Below, one piece after another: positions 51,720-62,690 of a stretch of 64,000 bases of DNA. The DNA lies in NCBI RefSeq assembly GCF_004010195.1, contig NC_057720.1, positions 28,664,982-28,728,981 on the forward strand, given 5' to 3'. Under the pieces are notes generated by a model. It did not search any database, was not told the DNA's origin, and worked only from the letters and a program-made list of their open reading frames with translations. Position numbers and translations under genes: made by a program. Position 1 is the first letter of the stretch; each line of letters opens with the position of its first letter. This DNA comes from Chiloscyllium plagiosum. Lineage: Eukaryota.

Positions 51720-52335
51720 CTAGTCATAAAGTCATAGAGATGTACAGCACAGAAACAGACCTTTCGGTCCAACTCGTCCATGGCGACCAGATATACCAAC
51801 CCAATCCAGTCCTACCTGGCAGCACTCGGCTCATTTTCATCCAAACCTTTCCTATTCATATACCCATCCAGATGCATTTTAAATGTTGCATTTGTATTAG
51901 CCTCCACCACTTCTTCTGGCTGCTCATTCCAAAGACATACCATCGTTTGAGTGAAAAGGTTGCCTCTTAGGTCCCTTTTATACCTTTCCCCTCTCACCCT
52001 AAATCTATGCCCTATAGTTCTAAACTCCCCCACTCCTGGGAACAGACCTTGTCTATTTATCTTAACCGTGCCCCTCATGATTTTATAAACCTCTGTAAGG
52101 TCATCCCGCAGCCTCCAACACTCCAGGGAAAACAGTCCCAGCCTATTCAGCCTCTCCCTACAGCTTAAATTCTCCAACCCTGGCAATGTCCTTGTAAATC
52201 TTTTCTGAACCCTTTCAAGTTTCACAACATCCTTCCAATAGGAAGGAGACCAGAATTGCAGTGGCATAACCAATGCCCTGTACAGCTGCAACATGATCTC
52301 CCAACTCAATACTCTGACCAATTAAGGAAAGCATT
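51720..52335 (-). mobile_element. CR1-clade LINE 3' fragment
   Basis: Peptide KDVVKLERVQKRFTRTLPGL...RLRDDLTEVYKIMRG. Confidence 0.9.
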
Positions 52336-52584
52336 GTATCCAAAAAAAGCAAGGCTTGAGCTTGAATCAGCGTAAATCTAAAACTAGTCTGCAATAATAT
52401 TTCAGTGAGTTAGTGATAATTCTATGGAACAAATTCTGAAGTTATTGAAGCGGATTGCTTGGAGTAATTCAAAGACAATTATGTAGGTTTCTTTCAATGA
52501 ATAAGACTTTGAGATACAGTTGTCTCATTAGCAATATGATTAGCAAGAGGACCTACAATTGTTTAAGGATGAAGGAATCATCAA

Positions 52585-52816
52585 CATCACCCTCACCTTA
52601 ACCTCCTTCCACCTATCGCATTTCCAACGCCTCTCCCCCAAGTCCCTCCTCCCTACCTTTTATCTTAGTCTGCTTGGCACACATTTTCCTCATTCCTGAA
52701 GAAGGGCTCAAGCCCGAAACGTCGATTCTCCTGCTCCTTGGATGCTGCCTGACCTGCTGCGCTTTTCCAGCAACACATTTTCACCTCTGATCTCCAGCAT
52801 CTGCAGTCCTCACTTT
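52585..52816 (+). mobile_element. Penelope-like element 3' UTR fragment
   Basis: A pyrimidine-rich tract followed by a hammerhead motif and the gatgctgcctgacctgctg...ctccagcatctgcagtcctcacttt tail. Confidence 0.8.
52692..52727 (+). ncRNA. Minimal type I hammerhead ribozyme motif (PLE-associated)
   Basis: CUGAAGA-A-GGGC(ucaa)GCCC-GAAAC-GUC. The stem II differs from the 46590 copy but still pairs. Confidence 0.65.
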
Positions 52817-53510
52817 ATCCTTAAACAATTGCCAAGGGATGGAGCACAGACCTACAAGAAATATTGTGACAGACCACTTGAACATTTACAGAGTTTATTA
52901 ATGCATCTGGCTGCTCAGCCAGTGCCTTAATGGTCACATGGGTGCAGTCCACAACCTTCTGCAACTCATTAGAGCAAATTCCCTTGTTCTCTGCCTGTGT
53001 GGCCCCATCAAAGGTGAATTTAATATAAGTGAAGCCTACAGAAAAAGGGCTAACCTTGAGATGTCAGCTGTTGCTCCATAAAAGGACCCAGGGCTAAATA
53101 AATTCTGTCTCCAACAGGTTACTGGTAGGCATATAAGTGAGACTGCCTTCTATCAGTGCACACAACTCTGGTACCATCTCTTTTGACAGACACATCCTTT
53201 GTCCACACTGGTTCTCTGTCAGATTCAGGAAGCTGCATGTATTGTTATATATTCTATGTGGAATGTATCATTTTAATTCCCTGATTGCTCTTTACAGAAT
53301 GTGTGTCAGGTATCCTTGCTCTAAAGAGCCTTGATCGCTCCTTTTGCAGCTCACCTCCAGCTCAGGGTATGGATATAAAGGTCCCACCATCTCTTCCAAA
53401 ATTGATGGGAGGCAGGACTGCATTGAAAGGCTGGGGAAAAAGGCATAGTTGGAGAATCTGAAATTGTGGCCTCACCCACTCCAGTCCCATCTGCTCAGCT
53501 TCATGAAATT

Positions 53511-53623
53511 CAGATTCTGGATCAGTGGTGCTGGAAGAGCACAGCAATTCAGGGAATTGCTGTGCTCTTCCAGCACCACTGATCCAGAATCTGGTTTCCA
53601 GCATCTGCAGTCATTGTTTTTAC
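53511..53623 (+). mobile_element. Penelope-derived fold-back insertion: perfect 40-bp hairpin
   Basis: 53511-53550 and 53554-53593 are exact reverse complements with a 3-nt loop. TSD cttcat(g/a)aaattcag at 53499-53513 and 53624-53638. The tail matches 46650-46720. Confidence 0.9.
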
Positions 53624-55401
53624 CTTCATAAAATTCAGCCCAAAGAGTCAATTTATGGTAATGTTACAAAATCAGTTGACAATTTGGAGCAGGATCTCAG
53701 TATAATTTGCATTCCTGTCCTGTTGGTGATGTCAAGATACTGTGCACTTAAGAAAATTTTAGCTGCATACCCACATTCCTGAAGATCGATTATATACTGT
53801 TGAAAGGAATTGTATTTGTGACGTGAAACCTGCTGAAAGAAGTTTCGCTGCATGTTAATGGTCTTCTTTCCTCTTTTTATGGTCCCTTGGAGACCTGATT
53901 TATTGACCATTACTTAGCTCATGATAGTAATTGATGATACAGCAAATATATTTTCTTTATAAATGTTTGTGTTTCAGTGTTCTCATTTGCATCTTGCAGT
54001 TTATTTCATCACTGCTGCCATTAAGACTGCAGTTTGTTGTGTAGCTCTCTATGCCAAATAGATGATCTCAAATTCTAAATGTAATATTTACAATTTATAA
54101 CACTTGTATATGTGTGTGTGATTGTCTGCATGCATGAACAGAAGTGTGATGTATATCTTTCCTCATGCACTATGTCAAAGAAGTTAGGCACCTCCCACTT
54201 ATTATTTTGTAACTCCCTCATTCGGAGTATTTCTCTGACCTAATTTTACTCCATTAGACTTTCAATGCCTCAACTTAACTCCTCTTCACTTCACTTAGCT
54301 TCTTATCTCAGTCAGATCATTGCTCAAACAGCTGCTCGTATCTTCACCCCTTCCTTTCCTACCTTATATAATTCCTGCTCTGTCAAACTATTGTACCTCA
54401 TCTTACTGAGCTCCCAGTCACTGGGCCACCATAGACAACTGTCAATCTAACCAATTTATTTATATGATGTGAAATTTGGAAGCAAGATAGAAAATGGATG
54501 CAGGATTCTAATGATTTCAATTTGATTATATTCTCCTGTCCTCAGCCTGTTTTTTCACTCTAATATTCAAACATCAAGATTTAGAATTAATTGTGAATTT
54601 GATCTCCAGTGCAAAGTGTAGATAAATATTTTGCAAACTGTAATTACAAGATCATTAGTGAAAAGAAAATGCTTAGGCTTATGTGTGAAATGGCGAAGGG
54701 ATGTTGAAGGTTTGAGTTAAATTCCATATCCACAATCAAATGGCTAATCTTTCATTGTGAATTAGGCTGGATCTAGACATTGCAACGAGCTTCTTCAATG
54801 ACAACAAGTGATCCTGTCTCAATTCAGCTTTCTTGATATTAATTGGTTGCAAAATGACATTCATTTTGTAGCTTCTTTGATTAAATATTTAAGGTATTGG
54901 AATTGAGAGAAAATTGCAACAAATATAAATAAATTACGGCTCCTAACTGCTTCAAGTAAATCTGCAGATTTTGATTGTCTTGTGAGAAATCAGAACTGGT
55001 TTGTTTGTAATCCTGCATGCACAACTCTCCAACAATGCGAAATGAGAAAACAATAATGCATTTGAAGTTTGGCCAAAATAAAAACCACAAATTTTCAAAC
55101 TAAATTGTGCTCTGTTCATAAAGAAAAGAAATGAGTAAAATGTTAACAAAAGCTTTGCTTGACTATGCAGTGTTGTACAAGGAATCTCACAGAAAGAGAG
55201 TAATTGAGACAAAGCTCCTGGTTTACGTGTGGAAATCAGTTGCTATCAAAATATGATGAGAAATGTTCTCATTAATAAAGTGACTCAGTGTATCAAGTAA
55301 CTGCATGTTCACAAAGTTTTAATGTACATTCAGTGATGAAGACATTCTGAACTCTTCCTCTATTGGCAGATCCAGAAACACTATGGTATCTTTCAACCAA
55401 C

Positions 55402-56380
55402 CATAGAGTCATAGAGTCACAGAGCTGTACAGCATTGATTCAGACCATTTGGTCCAAATTATCTTTGGTGACCAGATTATCCTAAATTAATCTAGTCCTT
55501 TTTGCCAGCATTTGGCACATATCCCTCTAAACTCTTCCTATTTAGATATCCATCCAGATGCCTTTTAAATGTTGTAATTGTATCAGTCTCTCCCACATCC
55601 TCTGGCAGCTCACTCCATACACGATTCACTCACTGTGTGAAAAAGTTGCACCTTAGGTCCCTTTTAAATCTGTCCCCTCTCACCTTAAATCTATGCCCTC
55701 TCGTTCTGGACTTCCCCATCCCAAGAGAAAAAAACATTGTCTACTCACCCTATCCATGCCCCTCATTATTTTATAAACTTTGAGAAGGCTACCCCTCAGC
55801 CTCTGACACTTTAAGGAAAACAGCCCCAGCCTATTCAGCCTCTCCCTATAACTCAAACCATCCAATCCTGGCAACATGCTTGTAAATCTTTTCTGAACTC
55901 TCTTAAGATTCACAACATCCTTCCTTTAGCAGGGAGACCAGAATTTAATACATTATTCCAAAAATGACCTAACTAATGCCTTATATAACCGTAACATGAC
56001 CCCCCCAACTCCTATACTCAATGCACTGATCAATAAAGGTGAGCATACCAAACAATTTCTTCACTATTCTTCTACCTTTGACTCAACTTTCAAGCAATTA
56101 TTAACTTGCACTTCAAGGTTTAGCAACACTCCTCAGGACCTTACCATTAAGTGTGTAAGACAGAGCCTGTGCAGTGCCTCACACTTATCTAAATTAAACT
56201 CCATCTGCCACGCCTCGGCCTTTCGGCCAATCTGATCAAGGTCCTGTTGTACTCTGAGGTAACCTCCTTCACTGTCCACTGCACCTTCAATTTTGATAAT
56301 ATCCGCAAACTTACCCACCATACCTCCTACGTTTACATTCAAATCATTTATATAAATGACAAAAAGATGCTGTGGACCCA
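55402..56380 (-). mobile_element. CR1-clade LINE 3' part
   Basis: Peptides LFVIYINDLNVNVGGMVGKFADIIKI and LKRVQKRFTSMLPGL. Confidence 0.9.
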
Positions 56381-56619
56381 TAGTTTTAGCTTTAAGCTCA
56401 CCCAGTACGTTGCCATGTCTACACACTCCCTGTTGTATACTGACAATTTGACAATAATAAATAAAATGGTTACTGCATGTTAAGTAACTGAAATCTTGGG
56501 AACACCTTCCATCATAGTGCTATGATCAATCAAGATGTTTAACACAAACTGTGAAGCAGTGCTGTGTGGGAGCAGCTCCCAGTCCAAGAGGAGCCACTGA
56601 GCTGATCAGAACCACTCAA

Positions 56620-56900
56620 GAACACTAGCACTGCAGCCTCACAACACCAAGCACCTGGGTTCTATTCCACCCTCAGGTGACTGTCCTTGTGGATTTTATA
56701 CATTCTCCCCAAGTCAGCGTGGATTTCTCCCAAGTGCTTCGCTTTCCTCCCTCAGTCCAAGAATGGACAGGTTAGATAGATAAGCTGTGGAAAATGCAGG
56801 GTTACAGGGATAGGTTAGGGGGAGGATTGGTCTGAGTGGGATGCTCTTCAGATGGTCAGTGTAGGCTGAATGGCCTGTTTCTGCACTTCAGGGACTCTAA
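56620..56900 (+). mobile_element. HE1/V-SINE-type SINE (diverged)
   Basis: Diverged head, core and tail similarity to the other copies. Confidence 0.7.
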
Positions 56901-56934
56901 GCAATTGAATTAAAGTTAAACATTTCAATACTCC

Positions 56935-58250
56935 TACTTAAATGTGATTAGGCAAGATTTAGGAAGCATAGGATGGGGAAGGAAACTGCAGGGGATGGGC
57001 ACTTTAGAAATGTGGAGCTTATTCAAGGAAAAGCTCCTGTGTGTCCTAGATAAGTATGTACCTGTCGGGCAGGAAGGAAGCTGTAGAGCATGGGAGCTGT
57101 GGTTTACGAAGGAAGTGGAATCTCTGGTTAAGAGGAAGAAGAAGACTTATGTTAGGATGAGANNNNNNNNNNNNNNNNNNNNNNNNNNNNNNNNNNNNNN
57201 NNNNNNNNNNNNNNNNNNNNNNNNNNNNNNNNNNNNNNNNNNNNNNNNNNNNNNNNNNNNNNNNNNNNNNNNNNNNNNNNNNNNNNNNNNNNNNNNNNNN
57301 NNNNNNNNNNNNNNNNNNNNNNNNNNNNNNNNNNNNNNNNNNNNNNNNNNNNNNNNNNNNNNNNNNNNNNNNNNNNNNNNNNNNNNNNNNNNNNNNNNNN
57401 NNNNNNNNNNNNNNNNNNNNNNNNNNNNNNNNNNNNNNNNNNNNNNNNNNNNNNNNNNNNNNNNNNNNNNNNNNNNNNNNNNNNNNNNNNNNNNNNNNNN
57501 NNNNNNNNNNNNNNNNNNNNNNNNNNNNNNNNNNNNNNNNNNNNNNNNNNNNNNNNNNNNNNNNNNNNNNNNNNNNNNNNNNNNNNNNNNNNNNNNNNNN
57601 NNNNNNNNNNNNNNNNNNNNNNNNNNNNNNNNNNNNNNNNNNNNNNNNNNNNNNNNNNNNNNTCATAGCAATTACAGAAACATGTCTCAAGGTTGGGCAG
57701 GACTGGCAGCTTAATGTTCCAGGATACAAATGCTACAGGAAGGATAGAAAGGGAGGCAAGAGAGGAGGGAGAGTGGCATTTTTAATAAGGGATAGTATTA
57801 CAGCTGCTGAGGGAGGGTATTCCCGGAAGTACATCCAGGGAAGTTATTTGGGTGGAACTGAGAAATGAGAAAGAGATGATAATCTTATTGGGATTGTATT
57901 ATAGACCCCCTAATAGTCAGAGGGAAATTGAGAAACAAACTTGTAAGGAGATCTCAGCTATCTGTAAGAATAATAGGGTAGTTATGGTAGGTGATTTTAA
58001 CTTTCCAGACATAGACTGGCACTGATATAGTGTGAAGGGTTTAGATGGAGAGGAATTTGTTAAGTGTGTACAAGAAATTTTTTTGATTCAGTATTTGGAT
58101 GTACCTACTAGGGAAGGTGCAAAACTTGACCTACTCTTGGGAAATAAGGCAGGGCAGGTGACTGAGGTGTCAGTGGGGGAGCACTTTGGGGCCAGCGACC
58201 ATAATTCTATTAGTTTTAAAATAGCGATGGAAAAGGATAGACCAGATCAA
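56935..58250 (+). mobile_element. CR1 ORF2 fragments flanking an assembly gap (APE endonuclease domain right of the gap)
   Basis: Peptides IAITET, GYKCYRKDRKGGKRGG, VMVGDFNFPDIDW, LDLLLGN and SDHNSISF. Confidence 0.88.
57163..57662. other. Assembly gap (500 N)
   Basis: Run of n characters. Confidence 1.
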
Positions 58251-58536
58251 AAACATTGTATTAGGTGGAGGATACTAGAATATGGACTCAAGGGAGATGC
58301 TCATGTCCAATAGAGGACAGCTTGTGAGAAGAGGAAATGGTGTTTCCGTAATACTATTGCTCTGCTTTTAAATTGGGACGTGCTGCCTCAGCTTCTAGCT
58401 TTTCCTTGGGCTAATTGTTGTTGGGATTCTTGTACAATTCTTGGCATTATCATTCTTTGGCTGAAAGATGTCTTTAAACATCCCAGCAAAAGTATTTCTT
58501 GATCTCTTCAAAGCTGCAGGCACCCTGCCATCATTT

Positions 58537-58845
58537 GAATCATAGAATCCCTACAGTGACCAATTGGCCCATTGAATCTGCACTGATACTCTGAAGAGCA
58601 TCCCACCTTGTATTTACCACAGCTAAACCAACTAACCAGCACAACCCTGGACACTATGGGGCAATTTAGCATGGTCAATCCACCTAATCTGCACATCTTT
58701 GGACTGCAGAGGGTCTAGAGAAAACCCATGCAGACACAGGGAGAACGTGCATACTCCATACAGACTGTCACTGAAGGCTGGAATCGAGCCCAGGTTCATG
58801 GCATTGTAAGACAACAGTACTAACCACTGAGCCAGTGTGCTGCCC
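58537..58845 (-). mobile_element. HE1/V-SINE-type SINE (diverged)
   Basis: Reverse-orientation head, core and tail similarity. Confidence 0.8.
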
Positions 58846-60229
58846 AGCTGGGCACTTTCAGTCATGTTGGAAAGTGTTTGCAGCACAAGGCTGGAAGAAA
58901 GGACTTTAAAATTCCCTTGTCCATTCTCTCACTGACTTAAAATGTCTCCTCACTCATGCACATGAGAAGAAGCAGGCCACTAGCGAAACCAACTTCTTTA
59001 CATTCTGTATTTTTGCTGCAGAATGTTCTGTTCAGTACCTATACATTTTCATTCACATTCAGAGTCACAATATCTATAGTCCACAAAGTTTCTGGAACTG
59101 GAAAGGTGACACCAGTCATGGGGCCTGACGTGTAAAAAATCAAGATCCCGTGCTGCACAAACCAAGAAGCACTTCACAATTATCATTAAACTTTAAACTG
59201 GGATCACAATTTTCAAATGGGAGAAAATGAGAATATGATAAATGGGACAACTATAAATGCAAAGAAATGTATCTGATTTATAAGTTTGTATTTAGGTTTA
59301 CAGTAAGTCCCCACCTAACTATGAACCATGTCACATTATTCCATTTTAACTCAAGTAGAGTTAATATATCTACTTAACGTTGCCAGTTACACTTTCATGT
59401 GAACATGACCATTTGATATTAGCATCTATTGGGAACAATTCTTATGTTTGTTAATGAGACCACAATCCATTTGGGATTTGTCCCAAAGATTATTTTTGAA
59501 GTAGGCTGACTTGGATTCTTTGGGACAAGAAGTTCAAGCATGACAGAACTGTGATAAATGCACTATATTGTGTTCAGAGTCAATTATAACCATATACATT
59601 CCACACAAGAATATTTCCGTACCATAACAAAGTAGAAGAGATGCATGGAACTTGTAGTTCATGAAACACTGAAGAGGCATGACCAGCACTGTGAGGCTGT
59701 GGGCAAAGAATATAGATTGCAAGAAATATAGAAATGCTATAATTAAATATTTCTGACTTTGTTACAACTGCATTTAGGATCAGTGCCCACTTTTGTGGGG
59801 AGAAGGTTCATTGAAGGGACACTGGAATGATAACCAAGTATGAGATGTTTTCATTATCAGGACCTGTTTAACTTGAGGGCTGTGTAATTTGGAAGGATTG
59901 AAGTTTGCGTGCTTTAAAAAATGATACATTCTGTACAATGATACATTCTGAATGCAGAATGTTCTCCCATTGACATGGTGAAGACTTACTCCTCAAGGAA
60001 AAGATCATAAAAACAAATGGTCTTATTTCTGTTTCTTTGACCTAGCTGTGTCCAAATTCAAAGTTTTACTTGTTAATGTAATAGTGCAACGTAACTACAG
60101 TTCCTAAGCAAATTGATAAAAGTCAAATTCTTTGGAATATTTTGGGACTGGTGATGATATTGTTTAAATAGAGCTTTTCTGAAGATGTGTATAGACCTTC
60201 CTATACAGTCCCTTGGGATTAATGATAAT

Positions 60230-60850
60230 TGTTTCCACTCTGATTCAATATGAGATGGCTGATAAATCAAATGTGTGATCCACAGATACTGCCACATGTG
60301 TGGTAGATTTTGCTTAAAGGGTTGGATGGATGGATTATTTGGCAGGTTTTTGCCCTCTTTTTGAGTTGGCGACCTCTCCAGAAATGCAATTGCTGGAGTG
60401 GGACAATTGCTTGAGGAATCTGATGTCAGACATGGGATTGACATATCCCATCCAAGGAAGCTGCTTTTGAGTCACTGGTGCCTTAATGTTGCACAAATGT
60501 TGGACCACCTCTCTTGCCACTGGATTTGTTGAGCTGCCTGTTGTAGGTTGTCCAAATCTCCAAATCATGTTGGAATATGGAAATCAATGCTTTCCTATCA
60601 ATCATGATCTCAGTTTGAGATACAGGTCCTCAAGTACTCTCTCCCTTGGTAGGATGAAAGGTGAGCTGGCACACTGGAGGCATTGATAAATCTCATCATC
60701 TGCCTTCCTCTGTTCATTGGATATCGCCAAGTTATGGAAAATGGTTGATATTTTCAAGGGTATTGGAGGATGTGTTGTCTGTTGGTTAGTCCAGTGAGGA
60801 GAAGTTACCAAGTCTTCATCAGGCTTTAACATTGATATGTTTATTACACA
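60230..60850 (-). mobile_element. RTE-clade LINE C-terminal fragment (degenerate)
   Basis: Peptides ADDEIYQCLQCASSPF..PRERVLED, LEIWTTY and KQLPWMGYVNPMSDIRFLKQL (cf. QLRWxGHVxRMxDxRxPKQL). The terminal Zn-finger-like TCGSICGSHI*FISHL is present. Confidence 0.7.
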
Positions 60851-60919
60851 TTAGGGATCCATAAAAGCCTTGTCAAAGTATGACTGTCTTTACCAATGAC
60901 ATGATCTCTCTCTGACTCT

Positions 60920-62690
60920 CTCTCTTACCAAAGATGTTTTTGGTTTCTCTTCTGGGGCAGATACTTCAACTTCATGAATATTTCTAAGCATGGAGACTTT
61001 TTCATTATTTTGGCACATCTTTTTAAAATAGACAACTTCCTTGCAGTGAAAATATTCTTCTTTGTTTTCAGGTTGGTGTTTGTGCCTGCAAATCCTTTTG
61101 GCTCCAAATTGCTGGTAGGGTTTTATGGAAACTTATACTTTCCCTCTAGACTATACCCTTTTTTCCGGTGTTTCTTCTATAGTCCTGTACTTAAGAAACC
61201 GTATGGTCATTCGGGATTTTCTGAACTATAATCTTTATAGAGTCACAGAATATTATGGCATGGAAAAAGACTCTTTGGAACAACTTGTCCCTGTCGACCA
61301 GGTTTCCCAACTAAATTAGTCCCATTTCCCAGCATTTGGCCCATATCCCTCCAAACCTTTCCAGTTCATGTACCTGTCTAAATGTATTTTAAATGTTGTA
61401 ACTGTATCTGCATCTATCACTTCCTCTGGAAGATAATTCCATATATGAACCACCCGTTGTGAAAAAGATGCCCCTCAGGTCCCTTTTAAATCTTTCCCTC
61501 TCATCTTAAACCTGTGCCTTCTAATTTTGAACTCCCCAACCCGAGGGAAAAGGCCTTTGTTATTCACCTTATGATCCTCGTAATTTTATAAATCTCCATA
61601 ATGTAACCCCTCAATCTCCTACGTTCCTCACATTTATCTAAATTAAACTTCATCTGCCACTCCTCGACCATCGGTCTCGCTGATCAAGGTCCAATTGTAC
61701 TCTTAGATAACTTTCTTCACTGTACATTGTGTCACCAATTTTGGTGTCATCCACAAACTTACTAACCATGTTTTCTACATTCTCACCCAAATGGTTTACA
61801 TAAATGACAAACAACAGTGGACCTAGCTCCAATTCCTGTGGAAGAGGCCTTCAGTCCAAAAAACAACCTTATGTTTATGGACTTTTGCTTGTCTCACCAA
61901 TACTATTGCTTTTTCTAGGGTGAGGTTTTCTTAGGCTGCAAAGTCTGGCAGGGATTCATCAGCAATACTTATTGCAACGCAATGTCATTTTAATCCTCCA
62001 TTTAGGACTACTTATTCACATCTTTCAATGAGCCTGAAAAGGTCATTAATAAAATTATCTACTGTTTCACCTAGTTTCTCAATTTGCTTCTTGAATTTGT
62101 CCCTTTTCAGAATATTTTTGCTCCTTAGACTAAAATAATTATCAAAACTTTTAAGACTTCTTCAGATTTATTTGATGTCTCAATAATGCCAACTCTTGTA
62201 TCATCTGCTACTCTTCAATTGAAACAATCTAGTGTGTTGATTCATTCTGCTTCAGACTTGCTGTTTAATTTTGAAACAATTCTGTACATCAAAAATCTTT
62301 TCTTCCAATGTGCCCCATTTTGAGTTTGATTTGATCTTTCCATGTGCGCAATCTTTCTTTTTCCTGTAACTTTAAGATCCATGGCTTTTTGTACATTTTC
62401 TAAGTGATATATTTGGTTTCCTAAATTTTGTTTTTCAATATGGAAAGTTTTCCCATGCTGTTTATCTTCGCATTAAATCCTGCTGCAGCTTTTATCTTCT
62501 GTTGATGAAGTTTTGTATTAAAACTTGATGTTTCTGATTTCCATCATGCAAAATCATTGAAACCCACTTTATTTTAATAACATCTTCACTTTGTGGTCCA
62601 GGCATATTAAATATTTTCGGCTATCCTTTGGTTTTGATTTTCCTTTCTTTCTTGTGGTCCAAAAAAAAGATTTGATTTTCAATCTTGTGT
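60920..62690 (-). mobile_element. Ty3/Gypsy LTR-retrotransposon gag relic, split by a CR1 insertion
   Basis: Manual minus-strand translation gives YRIVSKLNSKSEAE*INTL and GETVDNFINDLFRLIERCE*...IADESL...ENLTLEKAIVLVRQAK. A decayed zinc knuckle YFHCKEVVYFKKMC appears on the far side of the CR1. Confidence 0.72.
61236..61870 (-). mobile_element. CR1-clade LINE, internally deleted
   Basis: Peptide LGPLLFVIYVNHLGENVENMVSKFVDDTKIG, joined to a CR1 3' end. Confidence 0.85.

Noticed and set aside
56944..57729. 256-aa and 227-aa ORFs
   Set aside because: Artefacts of translating through the N gap.
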